This document shows positions 50,920 through 64,000 of a stretch of 64,000 nt of DNA, piece after piece; positions within the stretch are counted from its first letter, which is position 1, and each line of letters starts with the position of its first letter. The stretch is from Octopus sinensis (Eukaryota): contig NC_043024.1 of assembly GCF_006345805.1 (NCBI RefSeq), positions 15,066,001 to 15,130,000 of the forward strand, given 5' to 3'. The translations under genes were made by a program, and so were the position numbers. The notes beneath the pieces were generated by a model that was given only the letters and a program-made list of their open reading frames with translations, did not search any database and was not told the origin of the DNA.

Positions 50920-51330
50920 TATTATACAATTGATTAATGATGGGAAAACAACGTAGCCTCAGTCCAGTCAAGCAGTTCTCATTGGCCTTTGTTGTTAGAA
51001 TGCATCCTCTGTGTCCCTTGTATGAGTGGTAGCAAAGGTCTTCATTCAAGGCCAGCTTCATGGTCATGCCTCCAGCATCCATCTCTCTTTCCAAAGTCTA
51101 GATTTCCTTGCTCAGATCTTCCTTCACCTTGTCCTGCAGTTGTTTTGATGAACTCCAGCCTACAGATGCAGTGAAAACACTTGCTGTGTCCCTTCTTGCT
51201 AGCCATGGCTTTGTAGTCTCCATTGCAGTTGCCCATGTCACATCATACAGCCTTTACAGTGTTCACAGAGCATTGAGCAGTAGTGATGATGTTGACATTT
51301 TAATACCCACCACAAATCATCATAATACAG
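50920..51330 (-). pseudogene. Degraded Tc1/mariner-superfamily (maT/DD37D-like) transposase N-terminal fragment
   Basis: Broken frames give LQDKVKEDLSKEI*TL.REMDAGGMTMKLALNEDLCYHSYK..G.ILT.KA.EN. Confidence 0.45.
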
Positions 51331-51674
51331 GTAACTCTTTCCCAATATTCACTTGGCTTCCAATCCTCCATGGCAGCTAACTTTTTCTCAACTGTAATTT
51401 TAGTCTTTATGTTCTCCAACGCTGTTGACTGTTCACCTATACATCAAGTTGTTCATGAATAAAGGGGACATAAAATCTTGTCAGATTTAGCCCAAATGCA
51501 CTATATATTCTCTTTCTTTCCTTGCTAACCTCTAACACTACTCCTTCCATGGCCAGACATGTTTTTGTGAAATATTGGAAATGAATAGCACTGCTTGTAT
51601 GACAGTGACACTCATTTACAACTATCATTTGATGTAACATCAATACAAAGAAATATAAACCCATCCACATACTT

Positions 51675-51732
<58 letters not shown>

Positions 51733-52934
51733 AGATGACATGCTTCTTTCAGTTTCCACCTTCGAAATCCACTCACAAGACTGTGGTCAGCTGCAGGGTT
51801 GTAGGAGATGCTTGATCAAAATGCCCTGCAGCAGGACTGAATCTGGAACAGCATAGTCTAGAAGCTAACATCTTACCACACATCCATGCCTGTGTAATAT
51901 TGTTGAGGCTGACAGTTTCTTTTTACTTCATGTTCTCTGGTGTTGTTTCTATGAACGGTGACCACAGGTGCTGTTGGTATTGGCTTTTGTTCATGTTGTT
52001 GTTGGTGAGGGTGATGATGGTGTTGGTGGTTGTAGGCCATAATACTGGTAGCATTGGCATGATGACAAGGAAATTCTATGCAAAAGAGCAAATATACCAT
52101 ATTTAGCTCTCTTCAAGACGAATATTTGAAGAAATCCAAAAGAATTACTGAGAATGGATTTAGTTCAAACAATACTTTTACTTTACATTCAATAATAGCT
52201 ACATGTTAGTATCATGTTCTTTGGGAAAATTCTCTCTCTCTCTCTTTCTCCAGATTCTCCTGTCTTGAAGACGGTACCATCAATAACAACAAGCACAACA
52301 GTAGAACCAGAACAAATGTTATTTCAGTATCTACATTGTTTACTGTGATTAAATGGTTTAACATGATATCTGCTTTGTTACTGGGTTACGATGGAATACA
52401 AAGCTACTGTGTGGTTAGAATGTTTGGACAGTGTTTGACCAATATGACACCGGAATAATGGAATTAAGGTTTGGCAGAATAGAAATTGTAAGTTTATACT
52501 GTCTATTGATTAACCTGGATTAAACTAACACCATTCCAGCAGAAGCGTTGTTCTACAAGTCTTGTAAGTTGTCTATTTTTGGTTACAAATCTCAGACCAA
52601 GTCCTGGTGAAGATCCTACACATGGATTTTTTGTATCAGCTATCTTTTTCAAATTACTTGTTATAGTCATTGAACTGTGGCCATGCTGGGGCACTGCCTT
52701 GAAAGGTTTTATTCAAACAAATCAACCCCAGTAATGATTGTACTCATTTTTTAAAAGCTTGGTACTTGTTATATTGCTCTCTTTTGTGAAACTGCTAAGT
52801 TACAGGGACGTAAACAAACCAAAGGTTGTCAAACAGTAGTGGGGGTGGGGGGAGACACACACACACACACTCATATATATGGGGCTATAAACGTCAATAG
52901 TACTGTCCTGTATAGGACACCACACTTGGTTGGC

Positions 52935-52971
<37 letters not shown>

Positions 52972-53030
52972 CATACATACATACATACACACACACATAT
53001 ATACATATGCTTACATACATGCAAACACTC

Positions 53031-53070
<40 letters not shown>

Positions 53071-53083
53071 TCACTCACATATA

Positions 53084-54374
53084 TTAGGTCATCCATTAAG
53101 TTCTGTCTGATTTTTAACCTTTTTAAAATTGAATGAAATTTAATAGTATTTTAGAATGTCTAATGGAATTAAAAATTATTTTTATGCATTTGTGTACATT
53201 TAAACTAATTAAATATTATTTTACAGAACAATAGAATTAAAATTCCTTTGATTAAAACCCTTTCTAACATGGAAGTATCCAAAGAGCATTTGAGGCATAT
53301 AATGCTTTATGAGTACAAAAAAGGAAACTCTGCAGCTGAAGTAACTTGAAACATACACTCAGTTTATGGGAAACAATGCTTGAATGAAAGAACTTGCAGA
53401 AGATGGTTTGCAAAATTCAGAAGTGGAGATTTCAGCCTTGGAGATGAAGATTGCACAAGATGTCCAGTTGAGTTTGATGATAAGCTCCTTGAGGCATTAC
53501 TTGAAGAAAATCCTGTATTATTGGTTGAAGAATTGGCAATAAAGCTTAGTTCAAACCATACAACTGTTCATCGTTACCTTCAACAACTTGGAAAGTTTCC
53601 TAAACTTGGAAAATGGGTGCCTCGTGAATTGTCCGGAAGCAACAGCAAATCCCGAGTTGACCTCTGCTCTTCTCTCCATTCTCGCAACTCATTTCTCCCT
53701 TTTTGGATAAACTTGTGACTGGTGACGAAAAATGGATCTTCTATCGAAATACTAAACGTCGTAAACAGTGGCTTGGTAAAAAGGAAACTGCTCAACCACA
53801 ACCGAGAAGAGAACTTCATGGAAAAAAGATTCTTCTCTCTAACTGGTGGGATTGCAAAGGAGTAATTCACTTTGAATTGTTACCACCTAATGCAACAATC
53901 AATGCTCAAGTCTACTGTCAGCAATTAGAGTGTTTGAACCAAGCTTTGAAGGAAAAAAAAAGACCCGCTTTAGTGAATCGAAAAGGAGTGATGTTTCATC
54001 AGGACAATGCATGACCCCACACTGCAAAGATCACATCACAGAAGATCGAAGAGCTTGGTTTGAAAAAACTTCCTCATCCACCTTATTTTCCTGACCTTGC
54101 TCCTTCAGACTACCATTTGTTTCATAGTTTACAGAATCATTTTGGGGACACAACTTTCGCAAGCCAGGAGGAGGTCGAAACTGACATTTCAGAGTTCTTC
54201 GCTTTGAAACCAAAAGAATTTTACATTGATGGGATTAAAAAGCTTGTAAATAGATGGAAGGAAGTCATAGATAATCAGGGAAAGTACGTTGATGATTAAA
54301 TTTCAATTAAATATAACATTTGATCACTTGTTTTCTTTATTCAAAATTTGGACAGAACTTATGGGATAACCTGA
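53084..54374 (+). mobile_element. Full-length (1291 bp) mariner DD34D element; transposase pseudogene at 53269-54299
   Basis: TIRs ttaggtcatccattaagttctgtc and gacagaacttatgggataacctga with TA TSD. Motifs WVPREL, TGDEKWIFY, HQDNA, HPPYFPDLAPSDYHLF. Contains stops and frameshifts. Confidence 0.92.
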
Positions 54375-55300
54375 TATATGTACACATACATAAATGACAG
54401 GTTTCTCTGAGTTTCTGTCTAGCAAATCCACTCAATGATTTGGTCAGAATGTGGCTATAGGAGAAAATACTTGTCCAAGGTGCCGTGCAGTGGAACTGAT
54501 GCTGGAACCATGTGGATGGGAAGTCAACTTCTTTCCTCAGAGTCAGGCCTGCACCAAGAAATTTCTCTATTTATTTGTATTTTATTTATACTGCTAAGTA
54601 TTTTGTCCAGCATGTTCAGAATCTTATCAGCTCAGCACCTTGGAAACACTGAAAAATACTGAGAAAATATCAGTTTCAAAATTCAGCACAAGGCTAGCAA
54701 GTTCACGGAATGGGCTAAGCTGGTTACATTGACCCCAGTACACAACTGGTACTTATTTTGTTGACCATGAAAGGATGAAAGGTAAAGTCGACCATGACGA
54801 AATTTGAACTCAAAAAGAAAGGACAGATGAAAATACTGCTAAGTATTTTGCCCAGCATGATAACGATTCTACCAGCTCACCACCTTAAATATGAAGAAAA
54901 ATATCAGTAGATACTTCGAGTGAATGATTCTTATTCCAGGCTAAATCTCCATTAGTTTCCATCTATCATCTCCTCCTCCACCTCCAGCCTACCTACTTGT
55001 CATTTCCATTGATTAATCAATACTCAATACTCAATAATCTCCAGTTATCAGTGTTTCATTAGATTGGCTATTGTCGTATTCCATGATTTTGAACAGTCTT
55101 AGAATCTCCTTTACCGTCAACTAAAAGCATTTACTTTCTTTTAATTCTGGTACATTCTTTAAGACCATTAAAACTTAATGTGTTTTAATGTACTGTTCCT
55201 GTAGAACTCCAAGTGTAAAGAAGAAGGAGAGATCCTTAATTCTTGTCTCAGTTTGGGATTAGGATCAATTTACCTTGTTCGGCTTATTTAACAGTTACAT

Positions 55301-55399
<99 letters not shown>

Positions 55400-56233
55400 G
55401 TATATATTTATATATATTATATATATATATATATAGGAGATAATAAAAATATATGCATACATACAAACATATATGTACGTACCTACATCTACATGTATAT
55501 ATACTGCATATATAAATAATTATACGGGAGTACAGGACATCACAATAAGACGTATAAACGGAAAAAGCCAAAAAAAAAAACAAGAAAACGGAAAACAAAA
55601 AACAAATACAGGACGAGCTACACAAGGACAAAACCCCCGTCATCAGCTGTCGCTAGAGGACTCAGGCATGTTTCGAAGGCATAACAGAAACTAATCAAAG
55701 GCCTTCCTGCGAGAGAATTAAAATAAAATTTCAAGCAGCGGGGCACAATGAGTACGAACACAAACAAGACGTAACAATAAGACTGCAAATTAAAATACAT
55801 GTACAAAACAAACACAGAGGACGAACGAAAAAGCCTTTTTTCTGGATAGACAAACAATAAAACTGCAAAATAAAATACATGTACAAAAAGTACAATTAGT
55901 TACAAACGAGAAAATACAAGAATACTATACAGGAAATCACCACACAAGGGGACGAACGAAGAAGCCTTTTGCTGGCAAGGACGAAAGTGTAGTAGCAGTG
56001 CGTGGAGGCAGTCTTTTCAATAGTGGGAACCCGTAAAGGAATTTTGTTTTATAGGCAAGGAAGAGGGAAGAGGAGGGGCAACGCGGCACATACACATACA
56101 CATTTACACACACACATATATATACATATATACATTATATATATATATTGTATATTATACTTATATACATATACATTATATATATATAGATAATATACTA
56201 TACACGTGTACATATATATATATGTATATATTT

Positions 56234-56269
<36 letters not shown>

Positions 56270-56383
56270 GTGTATATATATTATATTATATATATATATA
56301 CATATATATATATATCTATATATATTTATATAATATATATATGTGTATGTATATATATATGTATGTATATGTATAATATATAT

Positions 56384-56422
<39 letters not shown>

Positions 56423-56777
56423 TATTTATATATATATATATGTTTGTATGTATATATATATGTATGTAATTAATATATACACATATATATATACATATAT
56501 ATATATGATATATATAGATATATATATATATAGATATATAGATATAGATATATGTATATATATGTTATATATATATATATAATATATATATATATACACA
56601 ACACCATATACAAATATACTAACATAAGTATATATATATAATACACACACCACACACACATATATATATTCACATACACACAGACACCTGCACACCCACA
56701 CACATGCACACGTATACATACACACACTTACACTCACATGACTATAGAATTGTTAATGCTATTCACTGTCATTGAAG

Positions 56778-56844
<67 letters not shown>

Positions 56845-57167
56845 AGGCAGCTGGGAAGATGTTCAACAAATGTCTGAGATTCAGAGATTGCTGCAGGAAT
56901 GAAACGTGTGTCTGTCGACTTCTCCTGCAACTAACTGTAGCCATGTGGATATCAAGTTTGTTTCGCAACCATGTCGTTCAAGGTTTGATCCCAGTCTACA
57001 GAGTTGAACCATGGCCAGGAACTCCTTACTGTTCTCGTGGCTTAATACATACTTCTTTGAAGCAAAATTTTATATATTTCATTTGAGGAAAACTGTGTGG
57101 AAGCCCCATTGGCTGAAAACTCTCGTATTAGTATAACCACAGGTAGTTTAAGAATATATATTTCCAT

Positions 57168-57573
57168 AGTGGCTGTGTGTGTTAAGTAGCTTGCTTACAA
57201 AGCACATGGTTCTGTGTTTAGTCCCACTGTGTGGCACCTTGGGCAAGTGTCTTCTACTATAGCCTCGTGAGTGGATTTGGCAGACGGAAACTGAAAGAAG
57301 CCCGTCATATATATGTATATATATATATATGTATAAATATATATATATATATGTGTGTGTGTGTGTATGTGTGTGTGTGTGTGTACATTTGTGTGCCTGT
57401 GTTTGTCCCCCCAACATCATTTGACAGCCGATGCTGGTGTGTTTACTTCCCCATAACTTAGCGGTTCGGCAAAAGAGACCGATAAAATAAGTACTAGGCT
57501 TACAAAGATTTGCTCGACTAAAGGTGGTGCTCCGGCATGGCCCCAGTCAAATGATTGAAACAAGTAAAAGAGT
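57168..57573 (+). mobile_element. SINE family A
   Basis: Same organisation. Confidence 0.85.
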
Positions 57574-57679
57574 ATATAATCCTACACTGCCACCACCATC
57601 ACTACCAAAGGAATCATTGCCACCTCCCTACCCCACCCCATCACCACTACTGTTGCTGCTGCTGCTGCTGCTGCCACTA

Positions 57680-57712
<33 letters not shown>

Positions 57713-57975
57713 CCTCTCCAGCAACGTCACTAGTGCAGCTATTTGTGGTTTTATATATATATATACATACATATCATCCAGTTTCCTAAAGATCCATCAT
57801 ACAACTGTTGGTAGCTTGTATCTTTATTCTGTGTACATTAAATTATATTTATCTCCTTCAGGATGGAGCACTTTCTTCCGTTGATCTTACCTTAACAGAA
57901 AAGTAAACTATATGTATGCATATATGTGTGTATGTGTGTGTATGTAAGTGTATGCATATGTGTAGGTATGCATGT

Positions 57976-58711
57976 CTGGTAAGTTCACTGTCATCAATTC
58001 ACCATAGGGAAAGTTCGCCATCAGGAATGTTCTCTGTGAGGAAAGTTCACCACAAGGAAAGTTTACGGAGAGATAAATTCACAATAAAAGAATTAAAAAA
58101 AGCATTATTTTCGAACTCTAAAGTTCATGGTGAACTTTCTTCATGGTGAATTTTTCTTCATGGTAATCTTCCTTCATGGTGAACTTCCTTCATGGTGAAT
58201 TTTCTTCATGGTGAAATTTCTTCACAGTGAACTTTTTCACAGTAAACTTTCTTCATGGTGAACTTTCTTCACATTGAACTTTCTTCAAAGTGAACTTTCT
58301 TCACAATGAACTTCCTTCACAGTAAACTTTCTTCATGGTGAACTTCCTTCATAGTGAAATTTCTTCACAATGAACTTCCTTCAGTGAACTTTCCTCACAG
58401 TGAACTTCGTTCATGGTGAATTTCGTTCATGGTGAACTTCATTCATGGTGAACTTCGTTCATGGTGATCTTTGTTCACAGTGAACTTCCTTCACAGTCAA
58501 CTTCCTTCAATGTGAACTTTCTTCACATTGAACTTCCTTTATGGTGAAATTTCTTCACGGTGAAATTTCTTCACAATGAACTTTCCTCGCAGTGAACTTC
58601 CTTCATGGTGAACTTTCTTCATGGTGAATTTTTCTTCATGGTGAACTTCCTTCATGGTGAATTGACGGTGGTGAATTCTCTTGCAATGAATTGTTGCTGG
58701 TGAAATTACCA
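57976..58711. repeat. 16-bp minisatellite array (ttcttcatggtgaact)n, about 58125-58690, inside a probable TIR element
   Basis: Roughly 35 units. Inverted units at 58005-58070; ends ctggtaagttcac and gtgaaattaccag. Confidence 0.8.
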
Positions 58712-59051
58712 GTAATTGTACATATGTATATGTATATATATATATATATAGATCTGTGCATATATGTATGTATGCATTTATGTATATATATGTATTGGAG
58801 TGTTTCTTGTACTTTTAAGCTAGCAGATGCATTATTAAAAATCCCAAACCATATAATTGAAGTGGATATGACAGGTGTAATCTCTTTCCAGCTGACTTCC
58901 ATAAAAATGAAAGATTTCATTAAAATATTCTTTATTACTTATAACCATTGATATGACCTTGGCACGAAATCCATTCTTGCAGGAAACTGCACACATACAT
59001 ATAAATAGACGTGTGCATGTGCATTTGTATGTGTGTGTGTATGTGTATGTG

Positions 59052-59117
<66 letters not shown>

Positions 59118-59290
59118 GTGTAATCTCTTATTTAAGTTTATCTCTATAGATTTTCTGTAGAATTATATATGTATGTGTGTACATATAGCTATATATATAT
59201 ATGCATACATATATGTATGCATATAAATGTATATATGTATGCATATAAATGTATATAGTATATAAATATTGTATATATATATAATATATG

Positions 59291-59371
<81 letters not shown>

Positions 59372-59519
59372 ATATATATATGTATATATGTATATATATA
59401 TATGTATATATATATAATGTATATATATATACATATATATATATATGTATATACGTATATATATATGTATATATGTATATATATATATATGTATATATAT
59501 ATATGAATATATATAAATG

Positions 59520-59553
<34 letters not shown>

Positions 59554-59814
59554 TATAATATATATATATATAATATATATTATATATACATATATATATA
59601 TAAAACTTTATAAAAATAGGGTAAAGTAAAATAATTTACTTTACCACACACCGAGCTTTTTAGAAATAGCAGCCAAAAGTTTGGCTATTTCTTCTACTGC
59701 AAGAAAAAGTCTCCCAGACAATGCACACTCAGAAATAACTCACATAGGTATAAGGGGAAAACAACGAACGATCACATCCATACAAGATACCCGAGGACAG
59801 CCTGTTTCTATTGA

Positions 59815-59857
<43 letters not shown>

Positions 59858-60171
59858 ATATATGTATATTTGTTTTGTTTGTTTGTTTTTGTTTTTCCAG
59901 TTTCAGCTCTTGAGCTGTGGCCATGCTGGGGCACCCCCATTGTGGTGAAAGAGTACAGCAGGGATCACCACCCCCTGCCGGAGCCTCGTAGAGCTTTTAG
60001 GTGTTTTCGCTCAATAAACACACACAACGCCCGGTCTGAGAATTGAAACCGCGATCCTGCGACCGCGAGTCCGCTGCCTAACCACTAGGCCATATGTATA
60101 TATATATAATATATATGTGTATATATATGTATATATATATATATATACATACATATTATATATATTATATA

Positions 60172-60248
<77 letters not shown>

Positions 60249-60284
60249 CCCCAGATCATACAGATCCTTCTCCATGTTTAACAG

Positions 60285-60966
60285 TTAGAAGACGGCAGTG
60301 TTTGAAATTAGGTAAAGGATGACTCATCCGAGAAAATAACATTCTTCCACTCCTCTGGGGGCAAATTCTGTAGAATTTTCCTCCACTCTAAATGCTTTGC
60401 TGTATTTGATTTTGAAAGTAGTTGTTTTCTGATTGCAGCCCTCCTGTAAAATCTAGCTTTGTGCAGATCCCAGTGAACAGTTTTTGTGGAAGCTGGGTTC
60501 TCGAAGTGGTCATTAAGCTCTGCAGTAATTTTGGGAGCTGTATTTTGTGACCCTTTCTAACAATTTGTGTAAGTGTCTGATAGTCCCTATCTGAAAGTTT
60601 TGGGTTTCTTCCGGAGTTTGTTTTGACGAGGAAGTTTTTTCTTCTTTCTCAAAGGCTGTCATTACTTTCGAGACAGTACTTCTTGATACACCAAACATTT
60701 TGGCTGTTTTCATTATGCTAGTGCCTGCCATACGAGCACCAACAATTTGGCCTCTTTGAAAGTCTGAAAGATCCGTCATTTCAATGAATTTTAATTACTT
60801 TTTTGCTGATGATATCTGAAAAGAAACAGCAATTTTCACAAAACATTAAGCAACACTAATGATAAATAAAAAAACATGAAACTAAACAAGGTTTTTTGGG
60901 TTTTATAGATATTTCAAAATTATGATGCTATGAAGTTAGGTGTTTCCATTATTTTCTCCAACCCTG
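60285..60966 (-). mobile_element. Tc1-like transposon, 5' half
   Basis: TA-CAGGGTTGGAGAAAATAATGGAAACACC terminus, HTH region MTDLSDFQRGQIVGARMAG...GVSRSTVSKV, and EWKNVIFSDESSF; truncated after the first Asp. Confidence 0.85.
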
Positions 60967-61053
60967 TATGTGAGTATATATGTATATATATAGATATGTA
61001 TGTGTATATATGTATGTATATATATATATGTGTGTATGTATATATATATATAC

Positions 61054-61087
<34 letters not shown>

Positions 61088-61088
<1 letters not shown>

Positions 61089-61285
61089 GTCGCCATGATT
61101 GATCGTTAGCCACTAAACACACAATTTTTTCTCTCCTTGTTTTTTTCTCTGTCCCTTTCTGTAGAAGAGCGTAGGCTCGAAATGTAAAAGACTTTTTCTA
61201 TTCCTGAGCGTTATACTAATACATCTGTTTGTTTGTACACCACTTGTCTTCATCTTTTATTTTTTTCGTAAACTCTCCCTATATA
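61088..61285 (+). mobile_element. Penelope-like 3' pLTR fragment (family P5) with a degenerate hammerhead-like motif; another copy at 27185-27380 (-)
   Basis: cttt CTGTAGA a gagc gtag gctc GAAA tg TA aaag; flanked by (TA)n. Confidence 0.5.
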
Positions 61286-61289
61286 TATA

Positions 61290-61370
<81 letters not shown>

Positions 61371-62039
61371 ATACATACATGTATGTATGTTTGTGTATAT
61401 ATATATATACAACGGTGGTGCATCAGCATAGCTGCAGCTCTGAGCTGAAACTAGAGAAAAAAAAATTATATATATATATATATATATACACATATATATA
61501 TGCACATATATATATGTATATACACATACATACTTACATACATACACTAGCCATGCATCCTGGAGTTGCCTGGGTGTTATGACCTACAGCCACCTTGTAT
61601 TATTTGTTCCTTTCTTATGAGTAGAATTGGCTCAGCTGGTATATAGTGAACTGGATTTGTGGTGTAATGGATTAAAATTTCTTCATACTAATCAAATTGC
61701 TTATAGAACAATTCTCACCAAGAAAGAAAAATACAGACCAACAACCTTTCCACATACTGACATCCTCTTGTCAACGAAGCACAAAATTAACAAAATGCTA
61801 TACTAACAACACCATGACATTCCCAACAAATGACCCTCACCTTCCAAATACAAACAGGAAATACCCTAAATAACAACAAAGAAACTGACTAGTTACATTA
61901 TTTTGTGAACGCCTAAAAAGTTCCATTACTAAAAGTTGAGACACCCACTTACTAAGCTTTTAAATACTGGACTAAACTTATAATCTTTGTCAAAGCAAAA
62001 GATTAAATCAAATAGAACCAAAACTGACTAAAACTTCTG

Positions 62040-62220
62040 ACATATTCCATACCTACCAACCAACCAACCAGCTCGCCGACCGACCGACCGACCGACCGAC
62101 TGACCGACCAACCGACCGACCGACCGACCGACTGACCGACCGATCATCCGACCGACCGACTGACCAACCGACCGACCGACCGACTGACCAACCGACTGAC
62201 CGACCAACTGACCAACCAAT
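62040..62220. repeat. (ACCG/ACCA/ACTG)n tetranucleotide repeat
   Basis: Seen directly; a similar degenerate tract lies at 7590-7690. Confidence 0.9.
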
Positions 62221-62525
62221 TGGGACACACCTAAATATTCACACCTGCTTAGAAAGTTCTACATACATGAATAAATTCTAAACAATAACATAACCCCAAA
62301 TTTAATTAATAAAAATTTCTCCAAAACACCTAACAACCCACCCTAGAACCCAGTTACCACTCCACCAAACCCCACCCACACCCAAGGAGGATTTTTAACT
62401 CCACAGAATATATAAATCCAAGATTATCTTCTATGCATCTCAGTCCAAGGATGGCTGACCTGGCTGAAACTTCGAAGTCACAGTCAATGAGATTCTTGCT
62501 TAAGAATAGTATATATGGTGAGTAT

Positions 62526-62938
62526 AGGCGCAGGAGTGGCTGTGTGGTAAGTAGCTTGTTTACCAGCCACATGGTTCCGGGTTCAGTCCCACTGCGTGGC
62601 ACCTTGGGCAAGTGTCTTCTACTATAGCCTCGGGCCGACCAAAGCCTTGTGAGTGGATTTGGTAGACGGAAACTGAAAAGAAGCCCGTCGTATATATGTA
62701 TATATATATATGCGTGTGTGTGTTTGTGTGTCTGTGTTTGTCCCCCTAGCATTGCCTGACAACCGATGCTGGTGTGATTATGTCCCCGTTACTTAGCGGT
62801 TCGGCAAAAGAGACCGATAGAATAAGTACTGGGCTTGCAAAAAGAAGTCCCGGGGTCGAGCTGCTCGATTAAAGGCGGTGCTCCAGCATGGCCGCAGTCA
62901 AATGACTGAAACAAGTAAAAGAGTAAAGAGTAAGAGAG
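62526..62938 (+). mobile_element. SINE family A
   Basis: Same organisation. Further partial copies at about 1870, 2590, 9780, 13205, 13410, 30865, 42230, 42825, 47120, 51740, 52650 and 54395. Confidence 0.85.
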
Positions 62939-62941
62939 TGT

Positions 62942-63260
62942 GGAGGCATGTGGCTTAGTGGTTAGGGTAATCAGCACATTATCATAAGGTCACAAGTTCA
63001 ATTCCTGGTGGGGCATTGTGTTCTTGAGCAAGACTCTTTGTTTCATGTTGCTCCAGTCCACTCGGCTGGCAAAAATGAGTGGTACCTGTAACTCAAGAAG
63101 GCCAGCCTTGTCACATTCTGTGTTACATTGGATACTCCTGAGAACTACATTAAGGGTACACATGTCTGTGGAGTACTCAGCCACTGCAAAATAATTTCAT
63201 GAGCTGACTGTTCTGTTGATTGGACCAACTGGAACCCTCATTGTCATAACTGAAGGAGTG
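62942..63260 (+). mobile_element. SINE family D (second copy at 50298-50598)
   Basis: tRNA-like head, core shared with family C, distinct 3' half (ctggcaaaaatgagt...gagaactacattaa...). Both copies directly follow a family A SINE. Confidence 0.7.
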
Positions 63261-63350
63261 TCAGTATATGGCGTGTGTGTGTGTGTGTGCGTGCATGTGT
63301 GTATATATACCAGAGTGTAAATTTACATGTATGTGTATATATATATATAT

Positions 63351-63382
<32 letters not shown>

Positions 63383-63487
63383 ATATAGAGCGTAAATGTA
63401 CATGTGTGTATGTTATATGAGTGTGTATATATGTATATGCATATATATATTATATATATATATATATATAAATTATGTATATATGTG

Positions 63488-63524
<37 letters not shown>

Positions 63525-63544
63525 ACAATATAATAAATAAATAA

Positions 63545-63970
63545 AACATGCATATATACATACATATATGTACATACTTACATCTATATGTATATATACA
63601 TGCATATATATATAAATATGAGTACAGGACACCACAAATAAACATAGAACACAACGAGAAACGAAAACATAAAATCAAACAAGGAAACGGACTTTATTTT
63701 AACAACGAAAAAACAGAGTACAAGACAAACAATACAAGGAATATTCCCCTTCATTAGCTGCCCCTGGTTCGACTCAATGCGCATTGTTTGTCCTGTACTC
63801 TGTTTTTTCGTTGTTAAAAAAAGTCCGTTTCCTTGTTTGATTTTATGTTTTCGTTTCTTGTTGTGTTCTATGTTTATTTGTGGTGTCCTGTACTCATATT
63901 TATATATATATGCATGTATATATATATATATAGATGTAAGTATGTACATATATGTATGTATATATGCATA
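63545..63970. mobile_element. Fold-back repeat (family P6, probably Penelope-like); related fragments at 24290-24570, 25030-25310, 46920-47120 and 55435-55700
   Basis: ~185-bp inverted arms (63545-63735 and 63783-63970). Family copies share ctgatgaagggga(a/t)..ttccttg. Confidence 0.55.
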
Positions 63971-64000
63971 TCATCATCATCATCATCGTTTAACGTCCTT

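Noticed and set aside
52254-52490. Strong acceptor (tttctccag) and donor (att|gtaagt) in unique sequence
   Set aside because: All three frames contain a stop between the two sites; it could be a non-coding or shorter exon, but this is unsupported.
58125-58690. Regular short repeats suggestive of a CRISPR array
   Set aside because: Contiguous 16-bp units with no unique spacers, in eukaryotic DNA.

Overview
AT-rich, microsatellite- and repeat-dense animal genomic DNA. The repeat content suggests an octopus/coleoid cephalopod (inference from recalled repeat families, not a database hit). There is one 100-N gap. Protein-coding content: (1) a complete, single-ORF, intronless MCMDC2 orthologue on the minus strand (35145-37316); (2) two phase-compatible candidate 3'-terminal exons of an unidentified plus-strand gene (2868-3034 and 11066-11234). 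Nearly all other ORF-track entries are translations of microsatellites or SINEs. Transposable elements: about 25 full or partial copies of one tRNA-derived SINE plus three other SINE families; RTE LINE remnants (RT plus a PHD-like finger, and many 3'UTR fragments); Tx1/L1-like LINE 3' ends stacked in a (GATA)n tract; a full-length dead mariner; Tc1, maT-like, Merlin and hAT-like transposase relics; and non-autonomous Helitron/Helentron elements. The most striking structure is a set of fold-back (palindromic) Penelope-type elements inserted in (TA)n tracts. They carry minimal type I hammerhead ribozyme motifs, sometimes on both strands, and their fold-back points often fall on the ribozyme helices. 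Also notable are a LINE that appears to target (GATA)n and shares its 3' end with a SINE, and an inverted duplication that brackets a candidate coding exon.
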